This document shows positions 1-10,031 of a stretch of 59,412 nt of DNA, one piece after another. The stretch lies in contig JAGSHA010000001.1 of the NCBI GenBank assembly GCA_023954795.1, positions 1 to 59,412 of the forward strand, given 5' to 3'. A model generated the notes under the pieces. The model was not told the DNA's origin, searched no databases, and worked only from the letters and a program-made list of their open reading frames with translations. Positions within the stretch are counted from its first letter, which is position 1, and each line of letters starts with the position of its first letter. Source of the DNA: Oceanospirillaceae bacterium (GTDB taxonomy: Bacteria > Pseudomonadota > Gammaproteobacteria > Pseudomonadales > Balneatricaceae). The position numbers were made by a program, and so were the translations under genes.

Positions 1-1620
1 AATGATCGCCAATATGTCAGCTGTAACAAAGCATTTGAAGCGTTTACGGATTCCTCTGAAGTTGAGCTGCGGGACAAAAATGATCTGCAGTTATTTGCAC
101 CACACGTCGCTGAATTGGTGCGGGAGAAGGATCTGGAAATTATGTCTACCGGTGAAGCCCAATCCTACGAATGCACATCCTATTACCCGGATGGTCGTGA
201 GGTGGTACTGGATGTGTATAAGGCGCCTTTCTATGGCCTTGACGGTACGTTGTATGGGGTGATGGGAATCAGCCGTGACATCACGGACAAACGCGCAGCG
301 GATGAGTTGATATGGAAGCAGGCCAATTTTGATGCGCTGACGGGGTTGCCCAACCGCAATATGATGCGTGATCGTATGTCTCAGGAGATGAAAAAGGTCG
401 CGCGTGCCAGTCAACGTATGGCTTTGATGTTTCTTGATCTGGATCGTTTTAAAGAGGTGAACGATACCCTGGGTCATGATATGGGTGATATTCTGCTGGT
501 CGAGGCTGCGAAACGTATTCAGGATGCCGTTCGCAGTTCCGATACAGTAGCGCGTCAGGGCGGTGATGAATTTACGGTGGTATTGGGGGAGCTGGAGGAG
601 ATCGATTGTGTTGAGCGGGTGGCGTTAAATATTATCTCTGCATTGGCCGAGCCTTTTGACTTGGCAGGTGACACCGCTTACATCACAGCCAGTATTGGCG
701 TGACATTCTTCCCGGATGACTCCACCAGTATCGATCAACTTCTGAAAAACGCCGATCAAGCGATGTATGCGGCAAAGAATAGTGGGCGTAACCGATACTC
801 CTATTTCACGCCATCGATGCATCAGGCCGCGTTGAATCGCGTACAGTTGGGGAAAGACCTCCGGATAGCATTGCAGGAAGAGCAATTTAGTGTCAGTTAT
901 CAGCCGATAGTGGAGTTGGCGACAGGCGTTATTAATAAAGCTGAAGCGTTAATTCGTTGGCAGCATCCTCAAAGAGGGTTTGTTTCACCGGTTGAATTTA
1001 TCTCCGTTGCGGAAGAAACCGGGCGCATTATTGAGATTGGAGATTGGGTGTTCCGTCAGGCTGCTCGTCAGGTTAATCAATGGCGAGAGACGCTGGATAA
1101 AGACTTTCAAGTGTCAGTGAATACCTCGCCTGTGCAGTTTCTTGAAGAGACGTGTCAACCGGAAATATGGGTGGATGCGCTGAAGCGTCTGGGGTTGCCG
1201 GGGTCAGCGCTGACAGTCGAGATAACGGAAGGACTGTTGATGGATACAGGGCCGGAAGTAAGCCGAAAATTGCTGATGTTCAGAGATGCCGATGTTCAGG
1301 TTGCGCTGGATGACTTTGGAACGGGTTACTCATCATTGGCGTATTTGCGTCGCTTTGATATTGATTATCTCAAGATCGATAAGGCCTTTGTCAGCAACCT
1401 GACCGCAGAATCGGACGATATGGCTCTCTGCGAAGCGATCATAGTGATGGCCCATAAACTGGGTATCAAAGTGATTGCAGAGGGCATTGAAACCGAAGAG
1501 CAGCGAGCTCTACTGACCAGTGTCGGATGTGACTATGGTCAGGGATACCTATTTGCGCGTCCTATGACTGCAGAACTGTTTACCGATTTTTATCAGCAGC
1601 GGACTTTTCAGAACATGTAG
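1..1620 (+). CDS. PAS-GGDEF-EAL c-di-GMP signalling protein (5'-truncated by window edge)
   Basis: Frame is open from base 1 (NDRQYVSCNKAFEAF..., PAS-like). DALTGLPNR, RSSD-x5-GGDEF (I-site plus A-site), EALIRW, DDFGTGYSS, KID and AEGIE are all intact. Confidence 0.95.
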   Translation, partial: NDRQYVSCNKAFEAFTDSSEVELRDKNDLQLFAPHVAELVREKDLEIMSTGEAQSYECTSYYPDGREVVLDVYKAPFYGLDGTLYGVMGISRDITDKRAADELIWKQANFDALTGLPNRNMMRDRMSQEMKKVARASQRMALMFLDLDRFKEVNDTLGHDMGDILLVEAAKRIQDAVRSSDTVARQGGDEFTVVLGELEEIDCVERVALNIISALAEPFDLAGDTAYITASIGVTFFPDDSTSIDQLLKNADQAMYAAKNSGRNRYSYFTPSMHQAALNRVQLGKDLRIALQEEQFSVSYQPIVELATGVINKAEALIRWQHPQRGFVSPVEFISVAEETGRIIEIGDWVFRQAARQVNQWRETLDKDFQVSVNTSPVQFLEETCQPEIWVDALKRLGLPGSALTVEITEGLLMDTGPEVSRKLLMFRDADVQVALDDFGTGYSSLAYLRRFDIDYLKIDKAFVSNLTAESDDMALCEAIIVMAHKLGIKVIAEGIETEEQRALLTSVGCDYGQGYLFARPMTAELFTDFYQQRTFQNM

Positions 1621-1624
1621 TGGT

Positions 1625-2983
1625 TCAGTTGGCGGCGCCGATTCTGCTGCGCCAGATAAGTCTGCGAGCCAGCATGGCAGCGGCAATCGTTAATGCGATA
1701 ACCAGTGCAATCCAAAAGCCTTCGGCCCCCATGGCAGGGACGAGTAGGTCTGTTCTTGCCAACATAAATCCAAGTGGTAGGCCGATGACCCAATACGCGA
1801 TAAAGACAATCAGTAATGGGATGTTGGTATCTTTGTAACCCCGCAACGCGCCGGCGCAGGAGACTTGAATAGCATCGGAGAATTGAAATACGGCTGCTAT
1901 TCCGATCAGTCTGACGGCGATCTCAATAATTTCCTCGCTGTCGGTATAGAGTGAAACAATCTGTGGTGCGAACAGGACCATAGTTGTTGCGCTTACAACG
2001 GCGAAGCCGATAGTTATCATCACGCCCGTCGCAGCGCTGACACGTGCACCCTCCTGTTTGTTGGCTCCTAGGCGGTGTCCCACGCGGATGGTCAGGGCCA
2101 TGGAAATGCTGAGGGGGATCATAAAAATCATCCCAGTGAAGCTCAATGTAACCTGATGAGCGCCCACAATGACTTCGCCTAAATCGGCGAGTAGTAAGGC
2201 GATAATCGCAAACATACTGACCTCAATGAGCAGTGCCATACCGATAGGCAATCCTAGGCGCAGAAAGTGCCCCAGCGTTTGAATAGGCGGTAACAAGGAG
2301 CTTTGAAACAGGCGGCATTCAATAAATGTCGTACTGCGCCGCAGATACAATATGCCCGCACCTAAGGTGAGCCACATCACAATGGCCGTTGCCCAGCCGC
2401 AGCCTACGCCTCCCAGCTCGGGTAATCCGAGCTTGCCGTAGATCAGTACATAGTTCAGTGGAATATTGGCCAACAAACCCAGAATCGCAATTTTCATGAT
2501 AGGCCGTGTTTTACCAAAGCCCTCTGAAAAACTACGTATGACCTGATACATGAGGATTGCCGGAAATCCCCAGGATATCGCTTTCAAATAACTATCTGTT
2601 TTAACCGCCAACTCTGGATCGACGGCCATCCACTGTAGAAGTGGGAGTGTATTGTGCAGAATTAACACCGAAAGCACACCGAGGACCAGTGCAATGAGTC
2701 CGCCTTGGCCGAGCACCTCGCGGGTACGGGTTAACTGATTGCCACCGACAAGGTGAGCAACTAGAGGGGTGGTGGCCATGAGTACGCCGGAGGAAGCCAG
2801 GAATATAGGCAGCCAAATACTCGAACCAATCGCTATGGCTGCAAGGTCCTGTGGGCCATAACGCCCGGACATCAGAGTGTCTACGAACCCCATGCCAGTT
2901 TGGGATACCTGAGCGACAATAATCGGCCAGCCAATCACAAGTAACTGGCGGACCTCAGTCCACCGATTGCAGTACTGTTTCAT
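1625..2983 (-). CDS. norM: MATE family efflux transporter (NorM/MdtK-like)
   Basis: 452 aa, about 12 TM segments; PIIVAQ..GMGFVDTLMSG, LGLPELGGVGCG, FQFSDAIQV..GALRGYKDT motifs. Confidence 0.92.
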   Translation of the reverse strand: MKQYCNRWTEVRQLLVIGWPIIVAQVSQTGMGFVDTLMSGRYGPQDLAAIAIGSSIWLPIFLASSGVLMATTPLVAHLVGGNQLTRTREVLGQGGLIALVLGVLSVLILHNTLPLLQWMAVDPELAVKTDSYLKAISWGFPAILMYQVIRSFSEGFGKTRPIMKIAILGLLANIPLNYVLIYGKLGLPELGGVGCGWATAIVMWLTLGAGILYLRRSTTFIECRLFQSSLLPPIQTLGHFLRLGLPIGMALLIEVSMFAIIALLLADLGEVIVGAHQVTLSFTGMIFMIPLSISMALTIRVGHRLGANKQEGARVSAATGVMITIGFAVVSATTMVLFAPQIVSLYTDSEEIIEIAVRLIGIAAVFQFSDAIQVSCAGALRGYKDTNIPLLIVFIAYWVIGLPLGFMLARTDLLVPAMGAEGFWIALVIALTIAAAMLARRLIWRSRIGAAN

Positions 2984-3342
2984 ATCAGACGAAATCGTTG
3001 AAAAGGTGTTTGGCTTGAGGTCGAGCGGGAACGCCGTGTATCTGTAAGCAGCGCATTGCTGTACTAGAACGGATCAGGCTATGGATGCAGTAACCGATAA
3101 CATTTTGATGTTCTGTCAGCGTTGCAGAGCAATAAACCGTGGGTAAGCGTTCAACGCGGACGGTCGCCCGGCTCGCCTCCCATAATCGGATAGGTTGCAT
3201 AAATTCCTTATTTGCACGCCTGACAGCAGTCTGCGTTTAAATCTAATAGTCGATGGCGATCATGAGGCATGTTCTCATGTCATTTGCCCCGAAGCATAGA
3301 GCCAGTTGTATTCGAGTGCAATGCCTCTATATCCCCCGTGGC

Positions 3343-4074
3343 TTATTGCGCAGAAGTTGCATGAGATAGTTGGCTGGGATCGACCTCAGATTGGGGGAGT
3401 AACTTGATTAAATTACGTGCAGAGGCTTCAACCACGGTCGTGAAGTTGATGACTTTTTCACTGCTGGTTTCTTCGGCAACGATAAGTTCTTCAACGCCTT
3501 CCCAGGCTATGGATCCGGTCGATGTATCCCAGATCTGAATGAACATGCGAATATCCGCATGCTTAGTCTGGAATAGACGATAACCGAGCAGACTGAAACG
3601 ACCTCTGCTGCCTTGATTGAAGCTCGCAAGGTTCAGCTGAATCACATAACGGGCGTTTACCGCATCACCAATCTCTCCGAGTATTTGTTGACTAAAAATC
3701 CCCGTACTTTGGTAATCCTCAAACATTTGTTTGTAATCACGGGCAAGACCTGCGTTGTTGATGGCGCCTAATGCATGAGGCAGTGACACCTGACGGATAT
3801 CAGGACGTTCCTGCTGCAATACGCGGCCAACGATAAAAGCCAGCGCCTGCTTATCTTCTTCTCGCCCTGATACGGTGGAAGGGCTCATAAAAGCCAATCC
3901 GTTTTGTTTCAGGTCTTTGGGGGAAAGGTTGATTGCAAGATGTTGTGCAGTCGAATGATTTTGATGAACTGAACAAGCGGAAATGAACCCGAACATCAGC
4001 GAAACGGCTATAACTCGTAGGATCCGGCAGTCCGGTCTTAGGAGCGGGGGCGTTCTTCTACTTCGTATGTCCAT
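3343..4074 (-). CDS. Hypothetical lipoprotein (possible LpoB/CsgG/TolB-N-like fold)
   Basis: Hydrophobic stretch ending in lipobox-like FISAC; C-terminal IQIWDTSTGSIAWEG pattern typical of that superfamily. Start codon uncertain. Confidence 0.6.
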   Translation of the reverse strand: MDIRSRRTPPLLRPDCRILRVIAVSLMFGFISACSVHQNHSTAQHLAINLSPKDLKQNGLAFMSPSTVSGREEDKQALAFIVGRVLQQERPDIRQVSLPHALGAINNAGLARDYKQMFEDYQSTGIFSQQILGEIGDAVNARYVIQLNLASFNQGSRGRFSLLGYRLFQTKHADIRMFIQIWDTSTGSIAWEGVEELIVAEETSSEKVINFTTVVEASARNLIKLLPQSEVDPSQLSHATSAQ

Positions 4075-4158
4075 CGATTTGCTCCCATCGAATAGAGAAG
4101 CCTGTCTGCAGTTATTCAGAAGCAGGGCATATTAAAAAGTGTAGATCGTTTCTGAGAA

Positions 4159-4179
4159 TTTGATCAATTTGCGATCAAA
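4159..4179. promoter_or_regulatory. Perfect inverted repeat TTTGATC-N7-GATCAAA, candidate operator
   Basis: Read directly in the 140-bp divergent intergenic region between the lipoprotein and DUF6351 genes. Confidence 0.35.
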
Positions 4180-4214
4180 GTTGTGCCTATGGGCACTATA
4201 TTGAAGGTACTAAA

Positions 4215-6533
4215 GTGATTCAGGATGCTTCGTGTATGCAGCGACGAACGAGTGTCTGGCGGTTTGTAGGAAGAGCGACGGCACTGCTGTTGTGTCTATT
4301 AGCCGTGACAATACTGCTGGGTTATAGCGCATTAAGTATGCTCATCGACCGTCCCGCAGTGAATAATCCAGTGGTGGGTGTACCGCCGGGTATGGATACA
4401 GCAATTAGTATTCCTCCCTATCGTGGGCCGCACCCACGTATCGCATCGCGCCCGCTTGATACCTACTCATATCCTATTCCGGTGGGCGACGTTGGCCCGC
4501 ATGAAATGCTATATGCCGGGCCCGCCCAGTACCCTTTCTATTGCCGAACAGAAGACTCAGAACTCGGGCAGCCTCTGGTCGATAATCAACACCACATAGG
4601 GATTCCGGTCTTCAAAGAGGTAAATGGGAAAAAAACTGCTCAAATTATTGGCTATAGCAAAGACTGTTTGCTTCCCACACGTGTCGGTTATTTTTACAAC
4701 AAACGAGGCACCGATCAGTTCTTTCCGCTTGAAGATGCCGGTGAGGATATCGCTGAGATTGTTGTGAATGGCGTATCCACCGAATTCATTGTGCGTGTGG
4801 AGACAGGCACGATTAACCGATTTATCTACATGCTGGCGGCGATAGGCAGCCGTGAACGTGCCGAATCTAGTATGCCCGGGCAGGTGGACACGGATCTGTG
4901 GAATCAGCGGCTGGTCTATCAGTTCCGTGGTGGCGTCGGCATTGGCAAAGTTCAGGGGCGTCTTTCTCAGAGAGGGTTGCTTAAGCGGAGGATAGAGCAG
5001 TTACGTTTAGGCTATGCGATAGCATACTCAACGGCCAATCAAACAACCAATCACTACAATATTTGGCTGGCGGAAGAAACGGCTATGCGGGTCAAACAGC
5101 AGTTCATAGCACGTTATGGGGAGCCAAAATATACCGTTGGCATAGGCGGTTCAGGTGGTGCTATCCAGCAATATCTGTTGGCGCAAAATTTGCCGGGCTT
5201 GCTTGATGCAGCCATTCCACTTTATGCCTATCCAGATATGATCACACAAACGCACTATGTGTTTGATTGCGAGTTGCTGGAATACTACTTTGATGTGCTG
5301 GCCAGTCATAACCCGCGCTGGCGAGATTGGTCTCAACGCAGCCTCATTGAAGGTCTGAATGCCAGTGATACTACATTCAGTATGCGATCGCTGCTATATG
5401 ACATAGCGCTGCTGGTACGCCAGAGGTCTCCACATCTTAATTCTGGCAGCAATGAGTGTGTAAGAGCTTGGCGAGGCTTAACACCGCTGGTGAACAATCC
5501 AAAATACCTGTTTCATACCGGCCGATACAGTCGGAGTGTTCTTGAGCAGGGGCATTGGAGTTATTGGGATGATATGAAGCATATGTTGGGGACGGATGCC
5601 CAGGGATACGCACGTCAGACGTGGGATAACGTTGGCGTTCAGTATGGACTGAGTGCGCTACGGGATGAGCGTCTGACGCCTGAAGAATTTCTACATCTCA
5701 ATGCTAATATCGGGAGTTGGAAGCCCGCTGGCAAGATGGCACCGGAGCGGTACTGGAAATTAGGCGGCATCGGTGGAATGGCTGGACTACTGAATTTCTC
5801 CCCGTGGGGGCAGCACAATATGTATCTGAGCCCCGATAAGGGTAATACGCCGGCTAAGCGGGGGGAGGGGGATCTGCAAGCGATTGAAGCAGCATACAGG
5901 TCGGGCCAGGTTTTCCTTGGGCACGCAAATATTCCCATTATCGACCTGCGTCATTATTTGGATGATGCATTGGATATGCATCACAGCTTTGCCTCGTTTT
6001 CTGCGCGACAGAGGCTCATTGACGGGCAGGGGAGTGCTGATAATCAACTGATCTGGATGACGCGTCGTCCTCACGACCCGGTGCCGGATGCATTTTTATT
6101 GATCGATCGTTGGATGGACAATATTGCGCGATCCCCTTCGTTGGGGATTGCAGAAAGCCAGCCGGATGGGGCTGAGGATCGCTGTTATGATGCGGAAGGC
6201 AAGGTACTGGCATCCGGTTCTTCGGTATGGGATGGCAATTGGAACCAACGTCCTCAGGGGGCTTGTTATCGCTATTATCCGCCCTTTAGGGATTCGCGGA
6301 TGGTCGCGGGTGCGCCGATTAGCGGTGAATTGTTTAAATGCCAGCGGCAAACGATAAGTCAGGCAATTGATGCAGGCGTGTATGGTGAAATTGAGATGAG
6401 GCCTTATCGCTTAGAGTTGCAGCGTGTATTTCCAAATGGCGTGTGTGATTATCGGTTACCGGACCAAGGCAAGCCCGTTAACTTGTTGCAGAGTGATGGC
6501 ACGCTGGCGCCTGAGGTTTTAAGGCTACATTGA
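4215..6533 (+). CDS. Exported/membrane-anchored DUF6351 (tannase-like alpha/beta hydrolase) protein
   Basis: 772 aa; N-terminal hydrophobic helix; VETGTINRFIY, WNQRLVYQFRGG, nucleophile elbow GGSGGAIQQ, WDNVGVQYGL, DMHH, FPNGVCDY. Confidence 0.75.
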   Translation: MIQDASCMQRRTSVWRFVGRATALLLCLLAVTILLGYSALSMLIDRPAVNNPVVGVPPGMDTAISIPPYRGPHPRIASRPLDTYSYPIPVGDVGPHEMLYAGPAQYPFYCRTEDSELGQPLVDNQHHIGIPVFKEVNGKKTAQIIGYSKDCLLPTRVGYFYNKRGTDQFFPLEDAGEDIAEIVVNGVSTEFIVRVETGTINRFIYMLAAIGSRERAESSMPGQVDTDLWNQRLVYQFRGGVGIGKVQGRLSQRGLLKRRIEQLRLGYAIAYSTANQTTNHYNIWLAEETAMRVKQQFIARYGEPKYTVGIGGSGGAIQQYLLAQNLPGLLDAAIPLYAYPDMITQTHYVFDCELLEYYFDVLASHNPRWRDWSQRSLIEGLNASDTTFSMRSLLYDIALLVRQRSPHLNSGSNECVRAWRGLTPLVNNPKYLFHTGRYSRSVLEQGHWSYWDDMKHMLGTDAQGYARQTWDNVGVQYGLSALRDERLTPEEFLHLNANIGSWKPAGKMAPERYWKLGGIGGMAGLLNFSPWGQHNMYLSPDKGNTPAKRGEGDLQAIEAAYRSGQVFLGHANIPIIDLRHYLDDALDMHHSFASFSARQRLIDGQGSADNQLIWMTRRPHDPVPDAFLLIDRWMDNIARSPSLGIAESQPDGAEDRCYDAEGKVLASGSSVWDGNWNQRPQGACYRYYPPFRDSRMVAGAPISGELFKCQRQTISQAIDAGVYGEIEMRPYRLELQRVFPNGVCDYRLPDQGKPVNLLQSDGTLAPEVLRLH

Positions 6534-6570
6534 TACGTAAAATGTAGGTTTTTGCCACTTTTAGGCATAA

Positions 6571-6598
6571 AAAAGCCGGAGCTTCAGCTCCGGCTTTT
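6571..6598. terminator. Bidirectional intrinsic terminator
   Basis: AAAAGCCGGAGC-TTCA-GCTCCGGCTTTT between convergent DUF6351 and phaC. Confidence 0.9.
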
Positions 6599-6615
6599 AA
6601 TCAGTCTGCGACTAA

Positions 6616-8358
6616 TCAGGCTTCGCGTGCTTTCACGTAACGACCTGGAGCAGGCTCGATCTCGGCGTATTCAGCGCTACCGCAAGTTGCAGGCGCGTCA
6701 ACTTTCTTGCCGCCACGACGCTTAACCCACTCGGACCAGTGAGGCCACCAGGAGCCTTCCTGCTTCTCAGCAGTTTCCAGCCAGTGATCAGCACCCTGAC
6801 CCAGTTCGCCCTTCGTCCAGTAGTTACGACGGTTCTTAGAGGCAGGATTGATGACACCTGCAACGTGACCGCTCGCACCCAGTACGAACTCAATGTTGCC
6901 TTTAAACAGCTCAGTACCCGTAAAGGTACCTTTCCAAGGCGCAATGTGGTCTTCGATTGCGGACAAGAAGTAAACAGGAATTTTTACTTTGCCCAGATCG
7001 ATCTTCTCACCGCAGATGGTCAGACCATCTTTCTCAGCCAGTTTGTTTTCCAGATACATCTTGTTGATGTAGTAGGTGTACATGCTGGCAGGCAAGTTGG
7101 TGGAGTCTCCGTTCCAATACAAAATATCGAATGGAGGTGGCGTCTGGCCTTTCAGGTAGTTATTAACTACATAAGACCAGATCAGGTCGTTGGAGCGCAA
7201 CATGTTGAAAGATGTTGCTAGCTCGCGGCCGTTCAGAATACCGTTGTTATTGACCTTGTTTTCCAGGCGTTTAACTTGCTGTTCGTCGATGAAAACGCAC
7301 AGATCACCTGGATCCTGGAAGTCAGTCAGTGTTGTCAGGAAGGTCGCAGATGCTACTGGGGCCTGTTTGCGTGCTGCCAGCACTGCAAGGGAGCTAGACA
7401 GCAGCGTACCGCCGATACACCATGCAACGGCATTCAGTTTTTCGGTGCCCGCGATGCTGTTAACCACTTCCACGGCTTTCAGTACACCATCACCTACGTA
7501 GTCGTCCCAGCTGATGTGGCTCTGTTCAGCGGTCGGGTTTAACCAAGAAACCAAGAAGGTGTTCTGGCCCTGTTCAACGCAGTACTTAACAAAAGAGTTG
7601 TGCGGCTGCAGATCCAGAATGTAGAACTTGTTAATGCATGGAGGCACGATCAGCGTAGGGCGTTCAGCAATCTGAGCACACGTTGGCTTATAGTGAATCA
7701 GCTGGAACATCTCATTCTCAAATACTACGGAGCCTTCGGTCATCGCCAGGTTTTCACCCAGGTTGAACGCGCTCTCGTCGGTCATTGAGATACGGCCTTT
7801 ATCCAGATCGCCAAGCAGATTCTTCAGGCCGTTGACCAGGCTTTCGCCTTTGGTTTCCATTGCCTGCTGCAAAACTTCCGGGTTGGTCATTGCGAAGTTA
7901 GTTGGAGACATCGCATCGATATACTGCTGCGTATAGAACTCCAGCTGTTTCTGCTGATTGTCAGACAGGTTCGCTTTGGAAGCCATCTCGTTCAGCAGGT
8001 TGGAGGTCAGCAGGTAAGACTGCTTGATGTAGTCGAATACAGGGTTTTGAGACCATTCATCAGCCTGAAAACGGCGATCACCGCGAATAGGCTCAGCGAC
8101 CGGATTTGCTGTGGCGTTACCGGAGAGCAGGTTCTTCCAGAGGTTCATCTGGCTGGTCTGATAATCTGCGATAGCACGAACCCATACAGATGGGTCTTCC
8201 CAAGAGCGGGTTGCCAAATCAGTCCAGGACTGGGTGAAGGAACTGAGAATGTCATCACCACCAGTGGCAGAGAACATCTCCAGAACTTTTTGCGTCTCCT
8301 TGTTTACGTAGTCGATAAACTCTTGCGGGTTGGAGGGCATGCTGCTTTTGTTTTCCAT
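6616..8358 (-). CDS. phaC: Class I poly(3-hydroxyalkanoate) synthase
   Basis: DRRF, SPTNF..TNPE, PPCINKFYILDL, AWCIGG (catalytic Cys), LRSNDLIW, DILYWNGD, EDHIAPW (Asp), SGHVAG (His), GSWWPHW, APGRYV. Start placed at MENKSS (8358). Confidence 0.95.
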   Translation of the reverse strand: MENKSSMPSNPQEFIDYVNKETQKVLEMFSATGGDDILSSFTQSWTDLATRSWEDPSVWVRAIADYQTSQMNLWKNLLSGNATANPVAEPIRGDRRFQADEWSQNPVFDYIKQSYLLTSNLLNEMASKANLSDNQQKQLEFYTQQYIDAMSPTNFAMTNPEVLQQAMETKGESLVNGLKNLLGDLDKGRISMTDESAFNLGENLAMTEGSVVFENEMFQLIHYKPTCAQIAERPTLIVPPCINKFYILDLQPHNSFVKYCVEQGQNTFLVSWLNPTAEQSHISWDDYVGDGVLKAVEVVNSIAGTEKLNAVAWCIGGTLLSSSLAVLAARKQAPVASATFLTTLTDFQDPGDLCVFIDEQQVKRLENKVNNNGILNGRELATSFNMLRSNDLIWSYVVNNYLKGQTPPPFDILYWNGDSTNLPASMYTYYINKMYLENKLAEKDGLTICGEKIDLGKVKIPVYFLSAIEDHIAPWKGTFTGTELFKGNIEFVLGASGHVAGVINPASKNRRNYWTKGELGQGADHWLETAEKQEGSWWPHWSEWVKRRGGKKVDAPATCGSAEYAEIEPAPGRYVKAREA

Positions 8359-8396
8359 AAATACGCCTTTTATAGTGCCGATCCGCCTGTCTGAAG

Positions 8397-8408
8397 CGCG
8401 GTGCACAA
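8397..8408. promoter_or_regulatory. Candidate PhaR-binding site upstream of class I phaC
   Basis: CGCGGTGCACAA matches the TGCRNYGCASMA PhaR consensus (recalled from Bradyrhizobium) at 11/12 positions; 39-50 bp upstream of the start. Confidence 0.45.
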
Positions 8409-8507
8409 CAGATAGAACTGACGGACGTTGTCTGCGTCATTCCCGAGACAGAGCTGGAAATATAGATAACCCGTTACTACTTGGGTAGCGCCATTCAGTA
8501 AGCTGAA

Positions 8508-10019
8508 TCAGCGCTGGCCAGATCCATCTATCGAATGACGTTCCTCAATCATGTCATCGATATATTGCAGTATTTTGTAACTTTCTTCTTCTGCATTCCG
8601 CATAGCGTCAACGATCTTTTCGCGAACTTCAGCATGTTTCTGCCAATTTTCGTCGCGTAAAGATACTGCCTGCTGTACAGCATGGTGCACTGCCGCATGA
8701 GGAAGTTCAAGTGCTTGGTAACTAGACGTATGTCGAAACTCCTCTTGTCCAAAGCCCTCGTAATACCACTTTCCGAGGCGGCATTCGGTGTGAGTTGTTG
8801 ATATTGCAGCAATTTCTGGATCTCGGTTCTCGCTGGTATCTAAGGCGAGATAACCATTTTGTTTGAAGATAACGTGGTCAGCTTTCGCCAAAGAGCCAAA
8901 CGTTCGGTCCTTCGCATAGGAAACAAAGCGTTTAGTGTCTTCTGCAGAAGAGGCGATTTCCGAAAACTGGTGACGAAAATCTTCGATTTTTTCGGTGACT
9001 TCGGAGGCTGCAAGGGTGGATGATTCGGATTGCTCAACCATCTGATGAACACGTTGGCTGAAGCCATCAATCGTCTGGCTCACATCTATCGCTGCTTCTT
9101 TGGTACGGTTAGAGAGTGCTTTGACCTCATCCGCGACCACTGCAAAGCCACGGCCCTGCTCACCCGCACGCGCTGCTTCAATTGCGGCATTCAATGCTAG
9201 CAGGCTGGTCTGATCGGCGATATCAGTGATGATCGACAGGGATTCGGTCACACGCTTACTGTCTTCTTCCAGCTGATGGATTACGCTACTGACTGATTTG
9301 ATATTGCCGCTGATATTTTCTAGCGATGTCGCCATGGCGTTGACTGCGCTCTGGCTGCTGTCTGCGACTTCGCCGTTACGCGTAGCGATACCCTCAACCT
9401 GTGCCATTTCATCCGAGATTTTCACTAGATCTGCCTGAGTTAGTTTCAGGTTACGAATCAGGTGGCCGGTATTCAGATTATGTAGTTCGGAGTGCAAGGC
9501 GTTAGCAGCCAGAAACTCCTGCCCAGCCTGCATCTTGGCCAGTGAGTCATTAATTCGAATGAGTGATTGACGTAATTGTCCCGGCAGACCTTTATAGAGT
9601 GCCAGACGGTCATAATTCCCTTCAGTTACATGCTTGAAACAGGAGTCGACTTCGCGTAGATAGGACTCTACACGGTCGAGTAAATCGTTCAGCTCCCAGG
9701 CGACCATGCCCACTTCCCCCAGGCCAGCCATGCGGGTGATTCGGCCGCTAAGGTTGCCCTGGTTAGATTCTTTTAGGGTGAAAAATATACGCTCTAGTCC
9801 GTCAATGGCATGGCTGTGGCTAACGTACGTATAGATACCCAGGCCGATGGCAAATCCCATCGGAATCAACAGCCACCAGTACAAGCCGCTGGTCAGTATT
9901 ACGGTCAGACAGGTTGCTGCCATAAGCACGGGAATGGATGAAGAAATAATTAAATTGCGGGTACGCAGCATGGGGATGCCCTGACTGGTACCGTTCTGGT
10001 AATTTTTTTGATTATTCAT
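8508..10019 (-). CDS. CetA-like methyl-accepting chemotaxis protein with C-terminal CZB zinc-binding domain
   Basis: Two adjacent TM helices with no periplasmic domain; HAMP-like region ([28 protein letters not shown]); [33 protein letters not shown] hairpin; CZB ligands KADH, CRLGKWY, HAAVH. Confidence 0.9.
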   Translation of the reverse strand: MNNQKNYQNGTSQGIPMLRTRNLIISSSIPVLMAATCLTVILTSGLYWWLLIPMGFAIGLGIYTYVSHSHAIDGLERIFFTLKESNQGNLSGRITRMAGLGEVGMVAWELNDLLDRVESYLREVDSCFKHVTEGNYDRLALYKGLPGQLRQSLIRINDSLAKMQAGQEFLAANALHSELHNLNTGHLIRNLKLTQADLVKISDEMAQVEGIATRNGEVADSSQSAVNAMATSLENISGNIKSVSSVIHQLEEDSKRVTESLSIITDIADQTSLLALNAAIEAARAGEQGRGFAVVADEVKALSNRTKEAAIDVSQTIDGFSQRVHQMVEQSESSTLAASEVTEKIEDFRHQFSEIASSAEDTKRFVSYAKDRTFGSLAKADHVIFKQNGYLALDTSENRDPEIAAISTTHTECRLGKWYYEGFGQEEFRHTSSYQALELPHAAVHHAVQQAVSLRDENWQKHAEVREKIVDAMRNAEEESYKILQYIDDMIEERHSIDGSGQR

Positions 10020-10031
10020 ATCGGCTACGGA

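Noticed and set aside
2984-3342. Riboswitch upstream of the MATE gene
   Set aside because: I could not recognise conserved c-di-GMP, FMN, guanidine or other aptamer cores by eye; an Rfam scan is needed to exclude one formally.
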